Program-made: the position numbers and the translations under genes
Notes under the pieces: model-generated
Seen by the model: the letters and a program-made list of their open reading frames with translations, nothing else
Database searches by the model: none
Told to the model about the DNA's origin: nothing
Shown: piece by piece, positions 48,720 to 58,707 of the stretch
How positions within the stretch are numbered: position 1 is the first letter of the stretch
Layout of the letters: each line of letters starts with the position of its first letter
From: a virus
Direction: 5' to 3' (one strand)
Length of the DNA: 64,000 nt
IMG/VR virus record: IMGVR_UViG_3300009702_000023
Location: 1-64,000 of that record

Positions 48720-50006
48720 GTGGCTAATGTTTTAAGAGATATAGATAGAATTAAAAACGCCATTGAAAAAGCCGCATCTAATGCTAATATACATCCACGT
48801 CAAGTCACTAAAACACAAATTTTCGAAACTGATTCGGAGATTAGCGATTGGATGATTCGAAAGGCTGGCGGGATTAGTGCAATCAAAAATAATTTTGCAA
48901 TTACAACAAAAGATTTGGCAGAGATTCAGAGTTATAAAGATGTTAATAAATATATTGCATCTTTGGAAAAACGGGTGGCTCAAAAAGAGTTATTTGAAAA
49001 GGAAGTTAAAGAAAAAATAAACTCACTATTGACCCCAATTAAAGTAAAACCATATAAAGCTAATAGAAAAGCATCAAAATTAAAAAGAGAAAATGTTGTT
49101 ATGCTTAATGATGTTCACTACGGATTAATTGTTAACCCTGATGAAGTCGGGGGCTCAAATAAATTTAGCTGGACTGAAGCTTGTCGTCGAACTGCATTTT
49201 TAACTAAACAAGTTTGTGAGTATAAACTAGATAAACGCAATGAAGTTGATCGGCTACATGTAATTTTAAATGGCGATATGTTACAAGGAGTAATTCACGA
49301 TTTAACAGCTAGAACCGCAGAATTATTAATTCATCAAGTTAATGGTGCCGTTCATATTTTGGGATATATGATTTCTAATTTAGCTACCAACTATAGAGAA
49401 GTTGTGGTTCATGGTGTATCGGGTAATCATGATGATGCTCATCACCGGCGCGAAGGTGGGCGAGTTTTATCGCATAAATATGATTCATATACCAATATGG
49501 TTTATTTTGCATTAAGTGCAATGTTTAAAGATCAACCTAATGTGAAGTTTGATTTTCCTAAGAATTTATATGGAGCAGTTGATTTGCCAAATGGCCGAAT
49601 TATTTATACACATGGTGATACAATGTTCTCTTCCGAACTAGGAAATCCGGGTAAAAGTTTAAATACTAAATCTTTAGGAGATTCATTGAGTAGGTTCAAT
49701 TCGGGGGAAATAGACAAAAACAATCCTAAAGCTAAAATGTTTTTATTTGGTCATGTACATTCTCATGCCGAATTTACCGCATTTGATGGAACTAAAGTTA
49801 TGATTGCGCCAAGTTTATCGGGGGTTGATAGTTTCGCCGCATCTTTGGCGATTAATCATAATCAAATTGGTCAATTACTATTTGAATCAACAAGTGAGTA
49901 TATTGCTGGAGATAAGAGATTAATTGAATTACTTAAAGCCGATAAAGATGAATCATTGGATAAAATTATCCCTATTTTTAAGAATAAATTATCATGGATG
50001 AAGTAA
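48720..50006 (+). CDS. Calcineurin-like metallophosphoesterase/nuclease
   Basis: NDVHYG, NGD, GNHD, THGD, GHVH. Confidence 0.85.
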   Translation: MANVLRDIDRIKNAIEKAASNANIHPRQVTKTQIFETDSEISDWMIRKAGGISAIKNNFAITTKDLAEIQSYKDVNKYIASLEKRVAQKELFEKEVKEKINSLLTPIKVKPYKANRKASKLKRENVVMLNDVHYGLIVNPDEVGGSNKFSWTEACRRTAFLTKQVCEYKLDKRNEVDRLHVILNGDMLQGVIHDLTARTAELLIHQVNGAVHILGYMISNLATNYREVVVHGVSGNHDDAHHRREGGRVLSHKYDSYTNMVYFALSAMFKDQPNVKFDFPKNLYGAVDLPNGRIIYTHGDTMFSSELGNPGKSLNTKSLGDSLSRFNSGEIDKNNPKAKMFLFGHVHSHAEFTAFDGTKVMIAPSLSGVDSFAASLAINHNQIGQLLFESTSEYIAGDKRLIELLKADKDESLDKIIPIFKNKLSWMK

Positions 50007-50237
50007 CACTTACCGATCTATCAAAAGAAGAGATTATTCAATTATACGAAGAATTACGTAAAGAATGCGCTAGGATTAAATCAAAATCTAGTGCTAGAAA
50101 AAGACATCTTCGGGATATGAATAAAAAAATTGAATTATATATAGCAATGATTGATGCAAGTATTTCTGATGCAGCACGTTTTAAGGCTGAAACAGAATTA
50201 TGGAAAAATAGATATTTTGCGTTATTGGAGAAAAAAG

Positions 50238-50822
50238 ATGGCCTCGACTAGTGTTAAAACTGACGAACTAGATCAATGGCATGAATACGGAGTTTATACC
50301 CCCGCTAGATTAATTGATTGTGGCGGCGATATTGATGAAGCTAAAGCCACTGAATTAATTAAAAATATTCGTTTATTAGATTATGTTAATAATAATGATA
50401 TTGTTATATTGATTAATACACAAGGTGGGGACGTTCATCAAGGAATGGCAATTTTTGATGCAATCAAAGAATGTAATAGTAAAGTAATTACTCATGCTGT
50501 GGGACCATGTTGGTCGATGGGAAGCATAATATTACAAGCTGGGGATATTAGAAAAATATCAGCAAACGCAACATTAATGTTACATATTGGAACTGAGGAA
50601 ATGCCGGAAAATCATCCGACTATTAATAGACGATGGATGAAAGAAAATGATCGAATTGAAAAAGTAATTGTTGACATATTATATAAAAAAATAAAACAAA
50701 AGAAAACGAGATTTCAAAAAAAACAGTTGAATGAGATGATAGTTTTTGATACAATATTAACATCGAAGCAAGTTATTGAATATGGATTAGTTGATACTAT
50801 TGAGGAACATAAAGAGTTATAA
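50238..50822 (+). CDS. ClpP-like serine protease
   Basis: INTQGGDV..G.AIFD, SMGSII..AG..R, MLH, D..L.S...IEYGLVD; likely ATG 50238. Confidence 0.85.
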   Translation: MASTSVKTDELDQWHEYGVYTPARLIDCGGDIDEAKATELIKNIRLLDYVNNNDIVILINTQGGDVHQGMAIFDAIKECNSKVITHAVGPCWSMGSIILQAGDIRKISANATLMLHIGTEEMPENHPTINRRWMKENDRIEKVIVDILYKKIKQKKTRFQKKQLNEMIVFDTILTSKQVIEYGLVDTIEEHKEL

Positions 50823-50833
50823 CCGGAGGAATA

Positions 50834-51220
50834 ATGAATAAAGATGACAGCATTGATTGCAAAAAAATAGTTACAGAAATTAAAGTCGGTAATAGATTTA
50901 ATGATGATAAAGTTCGTTGGAGAAATTTTCCTTTGTGGCTGCTCGAAGATTTAATGAAAGTCGGGGCCAAGGGAGAATATAAATACGGAACTTATAATTT
51001 TTTAAAAGGATTATATATTAATGACACCCTCGATTCACTAAAGCGGCATTTGATGAAATTTGAAAGCCCATATTTGCCCGACATAGATGATGAAAGTGGT
51101 TTAAATCATTTGTACCACATTGCGTGGAATGCTCTTGTTGCGGCCCATATGATGCGAACTAGGCCCGAATTAGATGATAGATACAAACTAGAGGAAAAAG
51201 ATGAGAAATCTAATTTATAA
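50834..51220 (+). CDS. dATP/dGTP diphosphohydrolase-like (DUF5664-type)
   Basis: RFND.K.RW, G..KYG..NF.KG, SL.RH, D.ESGL.HL.H.AWN. Confidence 0.8.
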   Translation: MNKDDSIDCKKIVTEIKVGNRFNDDKVRWRNFPLWLLEDLMKVGAKGEYKYGTYNFLKGLYINDTLDSLKRHLMKFESPYLPDIDDESGLNHLYHIAWNALVAAHMMRTRPELDDRYKLEEKDEKSNL

Positions 51221-52035
51221 ATTATTTGTTAAATATTTTTTACCAAAGCACCAGTTAGTAATTGGCGATTATATAAAAGATTTAGCTGATCAAAGATATA
51301 GAGTTGAAGCACTTTATTATGATACATCATTACAATCAGTTGTCATAGCCGTAGATGAAAATGGTAATTTAAGATCATTTGTTGAAAAAGGAATTGATAA
51401 AATATGAAAACTCAATCTATTTGGTATTCGCCCGAAGAAGATAAAATTAGGCTGTCTACAAGAGAAGATGGTTATATCTTTAAAGATGAATTTGGGGAGT
51501 TTCATTGTTGGTTGAGTATGGATTTATATAAAGCATATAAACAAGTGAAATATTATTATATAGGTAAATTATGAAAATATATAAAAAGGGGACAAAAGTT
51601 AGATTTTATTGGTGTGCTAATATGGTGGGAACAGAGGATTATGAGGAAGAAGTATTAGAAACTGATTGTACTACGGAAGAACTAGATGAAATAGCAAGAG
51701 AATATATGGAGAATAATCTTCGACCGGAATCGTGGTTTGTTTCCGAAGATAAAGATGGATTTGAACGTGAATCTAGATGGTAATAAAAATTAGTAGATTA
51801 AAAATAAAATATATTGCAAGGCAGTGGGGAGTTTGTGGATTATCTTGGCGGGGTTCGGTAGCCTTAGTCATCGAGTGTAGGGTAGAGGCTATACAAAGCA
51901 AACTAGTCAGAGTCGCGTCTGGCCCTTGCGCCTTTTTTATTAACCTTCCGGATAGTTCAATACTAAAAATTTATAAATAAATCATTGACTTCTCTGACTA
52001 ATCATGTATAATAAAGGTATATAAAGGAGAAAATC

Positions 52036-52713
52036 ATGAGTAATTCAAAAAATAATTCGGGTCATGATAATTCGGGCGATTATAATTCGGGCAATTATAA
52101 TTCGGGCTATCGTAATTCGGGCTATCGTAATTCGGGCGATGATAATTCGGGCAATCGTAATTCGGGCTATCGTAATTCGGGCAATTATAATTCTGGTCAT
52201 TATAATTCGGGCTATAATAATTCGGGCAATTATAATTCGGGCGATTATAATTCGGGCAATTATAATTCGGGCAATTATAATTCGGGCTATCGTAATTCGG
52301 GCCATAATAATTCGGGCGATTATAATTCCGGTTTTTTTAACACGAATAGTCCTAAACTTAGATTATTTAATAAAGAAACAAATATGAAAAAATCTGATAT
52401 AGTTATTCCATATTTAAATTTACCAATTACCGAATGGATTTCTGAAAAAAATATGACTGATAAACAGAAAAAGGATAACCCAGATTTTCATACTAAGGAA
52501 GGAATTTTAATTACCAGATCATATAAAGAGGCATGGCAAATTGCATGGGCTAAGGCTACTCCAGAGCAAAAACAAGAATTCCTAGATTTACCCAATTTTG
52601 ATGCCGATATCTTCTTAGAGATAACCGGAGTAGATGTTAGGAAGAAAGATTCGTGTGATGGTAAGGTTGTTGAAATTGATGGTAAAAAATATAAACTAAG
52701 TGAGATAAAATGA
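52036..52713 (+). CDS. Second NSGxx pentapeptide-repeat protein
   Basis: 19 NSGxx units, then GFFNT..PKLRLFNKET...LPNFD.DIF.EITG as in 32179; own promoter at 51985-52012. Confidence 0.8.
   Translation: MSNSKNNSGHDNSGDYNSGNYNSGYRNSGYRNSGDDNSGNRNSGYRNSGNYNSGHYNSGYNNSGNYNSGDYNSGNYNSGNYNSGYRNSGHNNSGDYNSGFFNTNSPKLRLFNKETNMKKSDIVIPYLNLPITEWISEKNMTDKQKKDNPDFHTKEGILITRSYKEAWQIAWAKATPEQKQEFLDLPNFDADIFLEITGVDVRKKDSCDGKVVEIDGKKYKLSEIK
52054..52338 (+). repeat. 15-bp coding tandem repeat, 19 units
   Basis: Same unit as 32470-32934. Confidence 0.95.
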
Positions 52714-54001
52714 CCAAAGATGAATTAGAAGTGGGAATGATTATATGTCGTAAAAATTTTTGTTCAAGAACTATACTTGACATAGGTGAAAAAATGTATT
52801 TTTATAAAAATATAGCGGGTGAAGCTACGGCTAATATATCAGAATTAGGACCATGGCAACCAAAAAAGAAAACTAAGACTGTGGAGGTTTTTGAATGGTA
52901 TTATGTTAATGATGGTGTAGTATCTATATGCTGGAATAGTAAACAAATGTTCCCTAATTTTAAAAAGACTGGTAATTCTAAAATGATTGAGGTAGAAGTA
53001 TGAAATATATTAACTCAAAGATATATATTAATCGAATTACTGGCCATATAGTAGAAGCTGGTACATATCAGAAACCTATATCTCGCTATAGTGGTGTGAT
53101 AATGATAGGATCTTATGTCAAATACGGCAATCATGGCAAGCAAATATTTATTGATTATGCTGTAGGAAAAGACTATAGATATGTTGGAAAATTATAGAAA
53201 GTTAAAGGGGAAGAAATGAGCCAAGGATACTGTTATAACCCCGATTGCCCAATAAGGACGAAAGAACGTCCCTGGCCTAGGAGCGACTGGAAGTTTAGAT
53301 ATAAAAAAGTTACATCCAAGAACGGCAAAAAGTATTACAGAAGACTGCCATTATGTAACCATTGCAATGAGCGGATCACTTTTGTAACGCATATGCAATC
53401 AGAACCTTGGTGGTAAAATGATTAAAATAAAGGAGTAGAATGATGACAGATATTACATATTCAATACAGATTGAAAGTAAATTTGTAGGTTATGCATCTA
53501 AAATAGATGAAATATTTATATATTGGTGTGATGGCGATATTATACATTGTCTTGGTGAATTATGATAGTCGATATGAGTTTTGGTGCAGTTCTAAAAAGA
53601 ATATGATTTGTTAAGGACAGCGGCGATTAATCATCATATTGCTAAAGTTGTCGCTAAATTTTAATAAGGAAAGAAATTTAATATGGCAAATTTTAAATTT
53701 GAAACTATGACAGTTAATCTTACTTGCGAGGAAATGTGGACAATTATGTGGGCTCTTTGTAGACAGATAAAAAGTTGTATAGATAACCCTCACTATAAAA
53801 GATATCCAGATTCTTTTGAATCAAATATGGAGGATCGAATTACTTTAGCAAAACAATTTGGATTAGCATTAGGTCGTCCTGATATACCAGAATCTAGTAT
53901 TAATGATTTTATAGAATGGTGTAAAAAAATTAAAAAGGAGATTGATTAGATGAAAATTTATGAATCTATACCTTTTGATTTAAAAATATTAAATTATAAT
54001 A

Positions 54002-54274
54002 ATGATTAATTTGATAGGATGGTTTGCTAGTTTATCTTTCAGTTTATCAGCATTGCCACAGGCATATTATTGTTATAAACATGGTAATGCAAATGGTATA
54101 TCTTTTTTATTTATTTTATTATGGGGAAGTGGTGAGATATTAACTTTGGTTTATGTATTATTGAAACATGGTTATGATTTACCATTAGTTACAAATTATT
54201 TAATGAATTTATTATTTTTATTTATAATACTGAAATATAAATTATTTCCGAGGAGGAATAATGAAAGTAAATAA
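54002..54274 (+). CDS. PQ-loop / SemiSWEET-like 3-TM protein
   Basis: IGW......SALPQA......A.GIS..F..LW..G....L.Y......PL..NY. Confidence 0.8.
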   Translation: MINLIGWFASLSFSLSALPQAYYCYKHGNANGISFLFILLWGSGEILTLVYVLLKHGYDLPLVTNYLMNLLFLFIILKYKLFPRRNNESK

Positions 54275-54650
54275 GAATGAACTTAGATCGGCATTTGATT
54301 GTGATGGGACATTGGTTTTGTGGCCCGACGATCATATGATGCCAAAAGAGGGTAGAGTTAAATTTGACTGTCCCTATGAACCGGGAGTATCATTTTATTT
54401 AATTCCGCATAAACAACATATTAATTATCTAATCGCCAAGAAGAAGCGAGGCTATGAGGTTACCGTATGGTCACAGAACGGGTTTGCTTGGGCCGAGACA
54501 GTAGTTAATACACTGGGATTAAAAGAATATGTTGATAATGTTGAAACTAAATTTGATACTTATTTTGATGATTTACCAGCAGATCAATGGATGAGTCGAG
54601 TGTTTGTTAAACAAAATGTTGATTCAATTGAAAAAAAGCTTGACAAATGA
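54261..54650 (+). CDS. HAD-superfamily phosphatase-like protein
   Basis: FDCDGTLV, VWSQNG..WA, K...YFDD. Confidence 0.75.
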   Translation: MKVNKNELRSAFDCDGTLVLWPDDHMMPKEGRVKFDCPYEPGVSFYLIPHKQHINYLIAKKKRGYEVTVWSQNGFAWAETVVNTLGLKEYVDNVETKFDTYFDDLPADQWMSRVFVKQNVDSIEKKLDK

Positions 54651-54820
54651 TTAATCTTATGATATATTGGTAATTATGGAAATAAATAAATTAAAAAGTG
54701 ACATAAATAATTGTGATATTTGCGGAGAAAAGTCTAATCACGGGGTACATCATTTCGAAGGCCAAGTGGTTAAAAATCAATATTATTGTGAAAAACACTT
54801 TTTAAGTGAGGTAAGATATC

Positions 54821-55090
54821 GTGGGCGAAAAAGTAAAAGTCATAGAAATATTCAAAAAAAGTGAAAAGGTACAACCAACCGGAGTTATCACTTTTCATAC
54901 CGGATTAGATAATTTGCTTGAGCCGGGGGAATACGGTATATTAACCCCCGAAGCTGATAATACCGATAAAATTATTCTTAACCCTTTATACACCGGGGGG
55001 GAGCTTTTAGTTAAAATGCGCATTATTGGTCAACCCGCAAAAATGTTTAAAAATGGAGATAAAATAGCTAATCTTGTCATTATGGGATAG
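54821..55090 (+). CDS. Degenerate dUTPase-fold protein
   Basis: P.......TGL....PG.YG.L.P and Y.GEL.V......FK.GDKIANLVI resemble trimeric dUTPase but lack the catalytic motifs. Confidence 0.45.
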   Translation: MGEKVKVIEIFKKSEKVQPTGVITFHTGLDNLLEPGEYGILTPEADNTDKIILNPLYTGGELLVKMRIIGQPAKMFKNGDKIANLVIMG

Positions 55091-55324
55091 TTATGTCTAA
55101 AAGCAAAAATAAGAATAAAACGGAAGTTGAACATCTTCGCGGAATAATTAGGCAATTAAAAGCTCAATTAAAATATTATAGAAAACGCGAGCACCTAAAT
55201 GAAAAAGATACAGAAGAAGATGAAACAATTGAGATTAACGCAAATTGCCCAGAATGCGGTAAAGGAGTATTGGAAGAAGTTGATTTACATTTAATCAAAT
55301 TAATTCGATGTCCAGTTTGTAAAT

Positions 55325-55705
55325 ATGAAAAACGCGAAAGAAATAAAAGATAAATTTTTACGTAATTGGCTTATACAAAAATTAAGACGTATGAGCTATC
55401 AATGGCCCGCCAGAAAAGCGGCTCTTAAAAAAGCTCGTGTATCTCGTGGCAAATATAGATGTGCTATGTGTGAAGATGCAGGAGTTGATGCATTATATGG
55501 CCCTAAACAAATTAATGTCGATCATATTATACCAGTTATATCAGTTGATGATGGATTTGTTGATTGGAATATATATATAGAAAGATTATTCTGTTCCGAA
55601 GATGGATTTCAAATATTATGTAAACCCTGCCACGAAATCAAAACGTATTTGGAAAATGATATTAGACGCCAAGTAAATAGTGAAAAAAATGACGACGATT
55701 TATAA
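55325..55705 (+). CDS. HNH endonuclease
   Basis: CAMC, VDHIIPV, FQILCKPCHEIKT. Confidence 0.85.
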   Translation: MKNAKEIKDKFLRNWLIQKLRRMSYQWPARKAALKKARVSRGKYRCAMCEDAGVDALYGPKQINVDHIIPVISVDDGFVDWNIYIERLFCSEDGFQILCKPCHEIKTYLENDIRRQVNSEKNDDDL

Positions 55706-55760
55706 AAAAAAGCTTGACAACCGATAAAATCTATGCTACATTAAAATAAAGGATTAAACT

Positions 55761-56063
55761 ATGTTCAAAGGATTGAAACAGTTCTGGGTTGATGGGAGCG
55801 TCAAAGGTTGGCATTTTCCTTTTGCATTTGACCCCCGAACTCAAAAACCATCAATAACTTTATTGTTTCCTTATATTACTTTCGTATTATCTGTAATATC
55901 AGTAATCGCTCTACATTTTAAACCAACCTTAATTATTGCAACAACCACCACTCTAGTTTTTTGGGCAGTGTCTGTTGTATTTTATATGTTACGTAAATTA
56001 TCAAAAGCAAAATTCGATTTAGATGACAAATCATTTGAACTAGAGTCAGGAGAAAAAAAATGA
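55761..56063 (+). CDS. Two-TM membrane protein (holin candidate)
   Basis: Two TM segments and a charged tail; DP.TQKPSITL. Confidence 0.45.
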   Translation: MFKGLKQFWVDGSVKGWHFPFAFDPRTQKPSITLLFPYITFVLSVISVIALHFKPTLIIATTTTLVFWAVSVVFYMLRKLSKAKFDLDDKSFELESGEKK

Positions 56064-56980
56064 TGATGAATAGATTAAAAAGATTAAATGAACAGGTTTT
56101 GTCTTTTATGACAAGAAACATTGCTAAAATTATGGGAGTAGTGGTAGCCGCAGTACTGAGCTTATATGCATTTTCATATGTGCATTACAGCAGGCCAGAA
56201 ACCGCAGCAGACTTTGCTAATGTATCAGTAATGATAGTAAACCTGGCTGAAAATTCGGGGGGATCGGGGGTAATACTATCTTCTAGTCCGTTCCGCAGTA
56301 GAATTCTAACGAATAAACATATTTGTCGAATTATTGAAAAGGGCGGCTATGTTATTCACAATGGTCAAGAATTTATGGTTGATACATACAAAAAATATCC
56401 TAAACATGATTTATGCCTAATAACTGTTATTTATGATTTAGGTGTAAATACAAAAGTTGCTAGTCATCGTCCTGCTAATTTTTCTGAAGTAAATGTAACT
56501 GGTCATCCCGGCCTTATGCCCCCAGTTTTAACTAAAGGTTATTTTTCTGGTAGAGAAAGAATTCAACTAATTACCGGCCTTAAAAAATGTACTGAAAAAA
56601 CACCAATACGATATAGAATTTATTGCCTATTTTTCGGGGGTCTACCAATTGTCGAATCATTTGATGCCCAATTAGTAACTGCAACAATTTCACCAGGAAG
56701 CAGCGGTAGCGGCGTATTTAACAAAGAGGGCGAGTTATCTGGTTTGGTATTTGCTGGTCGCGGTAAAGGTTTGGGATATGGTTATATTGTTCCGCACGAA
56801 TATATTGTTAATTTCTTAAGAGAAGAAAAACATATTAAAGCTAAAAGAGCGGGCATGGGTTATAACTATAAAGACTTCTTTCAACGTATTTTTAATTTCC
56901 AAAATAAATGTCAGCAACACGATGTAAAATTTAAAAACCTTTGTAATTATGTGGAGACATATTTGATATGGAATATTTAG
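56060..56980 (+). CDS. Membrane-anchored trypsin-like serine protease
   Basis: GSGV, LTNKHI (His), HDLC (Asp), PGSSGSGV (Ser); N-terminal TM. Confidence 0.85.
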   Translation: MMMNRLKRLNEQVLSFMTRNIAKIMGVVVAAVLSLYAFSYVHYSRPETAADFANVSVMIVNLAENSGGSGVILSSSPFRSRILTNKHICRIIEKGGYVIHNGQEFMVDTYKKYPKHDLCLITVIYDLGVNTKVASHRPANFSEVNVTGHPGLMPPVLTKGYFSGRERIQLITGLKKCTEKTPIRYRIYCLFFGGLPIVESFDAQLVTATISPGSSGSGVFNKEGELSGLVFAGRGKGLGYGYIVPHEYIVNFLREEKHIKAKRAGMGYNYKDFFQRIFNFQNKCQQHDVKFKNLCNYVETYLIWNI

Positions 56981-57237
56981 TAGGCTTATTAGTTCTCGCA
57001 TTGGGGGCTATTTTTTATTATAAGAATAAATTTGATAAAGCACATCTAGATACATTACTAAAAGATACATCAACTAAAGATGCTCAACTTAAAAAAGATC
57101 AAAAAGAAGTAGATCAATCTATTCTGGAAATGCAAAAAAGAATACGAGATCTTCGGGCTGAACGAGCTAAAAGACGTAAAGAGGCAGTATCAAAGACTAG
57201 AGAGGAACGGGCTAAGGATTGGAATAATGGACAATAA
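56968..57237 (+). CDS. Putative i-spanin-like protein
   Basis: N-terminal TM plus coiled coil. Confidence 0.4.
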   Translation: MEYLVGLLVLALGAIFYYKNKFDKAHLDTLLKDTSTKDAQLKKDQKEVDQSILEMQKRIRDLRAERAKRRKEAVSKTREERAKDWNNGQ

Positions 57238-57652
57238 TATCCGGATTACCTTAAATAGTCTCTCTATATTTCTTCTAAGTTTAGCTTTTATCTTTAATTC
57301 CTGTAATAAAGCACATGCATCTGAATGTGTTAAACCTGTTCAAGTAATCTCGGAGAACCAAAAAGCTCAATGTTCAGGATTTTTGTTTTCAGATAAAGCA
57401 GAAAAAACTGCGGCCCAAGATCGAGATGACGCTATCTATTATAAGAAATTAGTCCCACAATTAGAGCAATTGAATAAGCTAAAAACTGACGAAAACACAA
57501 TCCTAAATAAAAGATTAGAACTATATATAACTGAATCAAATGCATTAATAAAATATAAAGAAAGAACTGAAAATATGAAATTTTGGCAGCAAGCCAGTAT
57601 GTTTTTTCTCGGAGTAATCGTTACAAGCGCGGCGGTGAATCTTGCCAGATAA
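57227..57652 (+). CDS. Putative spanin-like exported protein
   Basis: Signal/lipobox-like FNSC, coiled coil, C-terminal hydrophobic segment. Confidence 0.4.
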   Translation: MDNNIRITLNSLSIFLLSLAFIFNSCNKAHASECVKPVQVISENQKAQCSGFLFSDKAEKTAAQDRDDAIYYKKLVPQLEQLNKLKTDENTILNKRLELYITESNALIKYKERTENMKFWQQASMFFLGVIVTSAAVNLAR

Positions 57653-58002
57653 TGAATTAAATGATGAAGAACTTATTGAGATTTTAAAATCGTCTGATGA
57701 ACCCATTGTTATAGAATCATTAGATGACGTGCATGAGTTTGTTTTAGCATTTAATATTAAAGAAGTGGAAGAAAAATCACATGTTCGTTGTAAAGATATT
57801 TATAATTTGTATAAAAAATGGCGAGCACAAAGCATGTATATTCAATACTATAATATTTTTTTTAAGAAGTTTTCAAAACATTTTCAAAAATGCCATAATA
57901 GAAAATATGTATATTATAATCTAGACCCAAAACCTTTTGACTTGACTAATGAGGAATCTAAATACAATCTAGAAGAAGCAATTAAAAATAAACGGAAGAG
58001 AA

Positions 58003-58470
58003 ATGCAAATGGGAAAGAAATCGACTAAAAGAAGTAAGCAAAAATATCCTTACTTAAAAAAGAGAGTCAATTCTAGGGTTCGTCAAGAAGTCATAGATTA
58101 TGATTATATTGATAAATTGTCTGATGAAGAGAAACAATGGTTAAATGATTTTAGCAGCGAATATTATGGTGCCGATGTTGGTAAACAAGCTGATGAAGGT
58201 AAGAATAATAGATTTATTAAAGGCCGAGATAAAGTAAAAGAAATTCAAGATGAAAATAATGCTCGCAATCGTGATTTATTTGGCCGAGTGAGGAACAAGG
58301 TCGGGGCTACTAAACTTTTAAATTATGATGATGTTATTAATATAGTTGAGGAGTCTTTATCTAGAGACATCAATCCTGAAAATTTGGAGGATGCTTTGAA
58401 TGAATTCCTAGACAAAAAATTTGTAGATAGCGGCAGTAACTCCAATGATAGTGGAAAGAAGTCCGAGTAA
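58003..58470 (+). CDS. Hypothetical protein, basic N-terminus
   Basis: DYDYIDKLSDEEKQWLNDFSSEYY; last plus-strand gene. Confidence 0.5.
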   Translation: MQMGKKSTKRSKQKYPYLKKRVNSRVRQEVIDYDYIDKLSDEEKQWLNDFSSEYYGADVGKQADEGKNNRFIKGRDKVKEIQDENNARNRDLFGRVRNKVGATKLLNYDDVINIVEESLSRDINPENLEDALNEFLDKKFVDSGSNSNDSGKKSE

Positions 58471-58707
58471 TTTTAATGCACCATCTACTCTATTAACATG
58501 TTGTTTGATTGGTTCGATTTGTTTTTGAACATCTTTAATAGTATTTTCTGTATAAATTTCGTGTTTATCTAATCTATCTTCCTGTAAATCGCTTCTATAT
58601 ACGTGATGTTTTAATGTTTCATTTTGGGCCACAAGAATCTTATCAATAGAATCTAATCTATCGTCAAGTTTCTCTAACCGATCAAAAAGTTTATTTTGGA
58701 AGTCCAT
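58408..58707 (-). CDS. Coiled-coil protein with C-terminal TM (XhlA/holin-like)
   Basis: LDDRLDSID..L..Q...L.HH...L; C-terminal TM. Confidence 0.5.
   Translation of the reverse strand: MDFQNKLFDRLEKLDDRLDSIDKILVAQNETLKHHVYRSDLQEDRLDKHEIYTENTIKDVQKQIEPIKQHVNRVDGALKLLGLLSTIIGVTAAIYKFFV

Noticed and set aside
50834-51220. Z-base (2-aminoadenine) or other modified-base pathway
   Set aside because: No PurZ or other modification enzyme recognised in the window; this hydrolase family and MazG are widespread on their own
51217-51232. Additional late-motif copy (ATAAATTATTTGTTAA)
   Set aside because: Imperfect, lies inside a plus-strand gene, and has no minus-strand gene downstream
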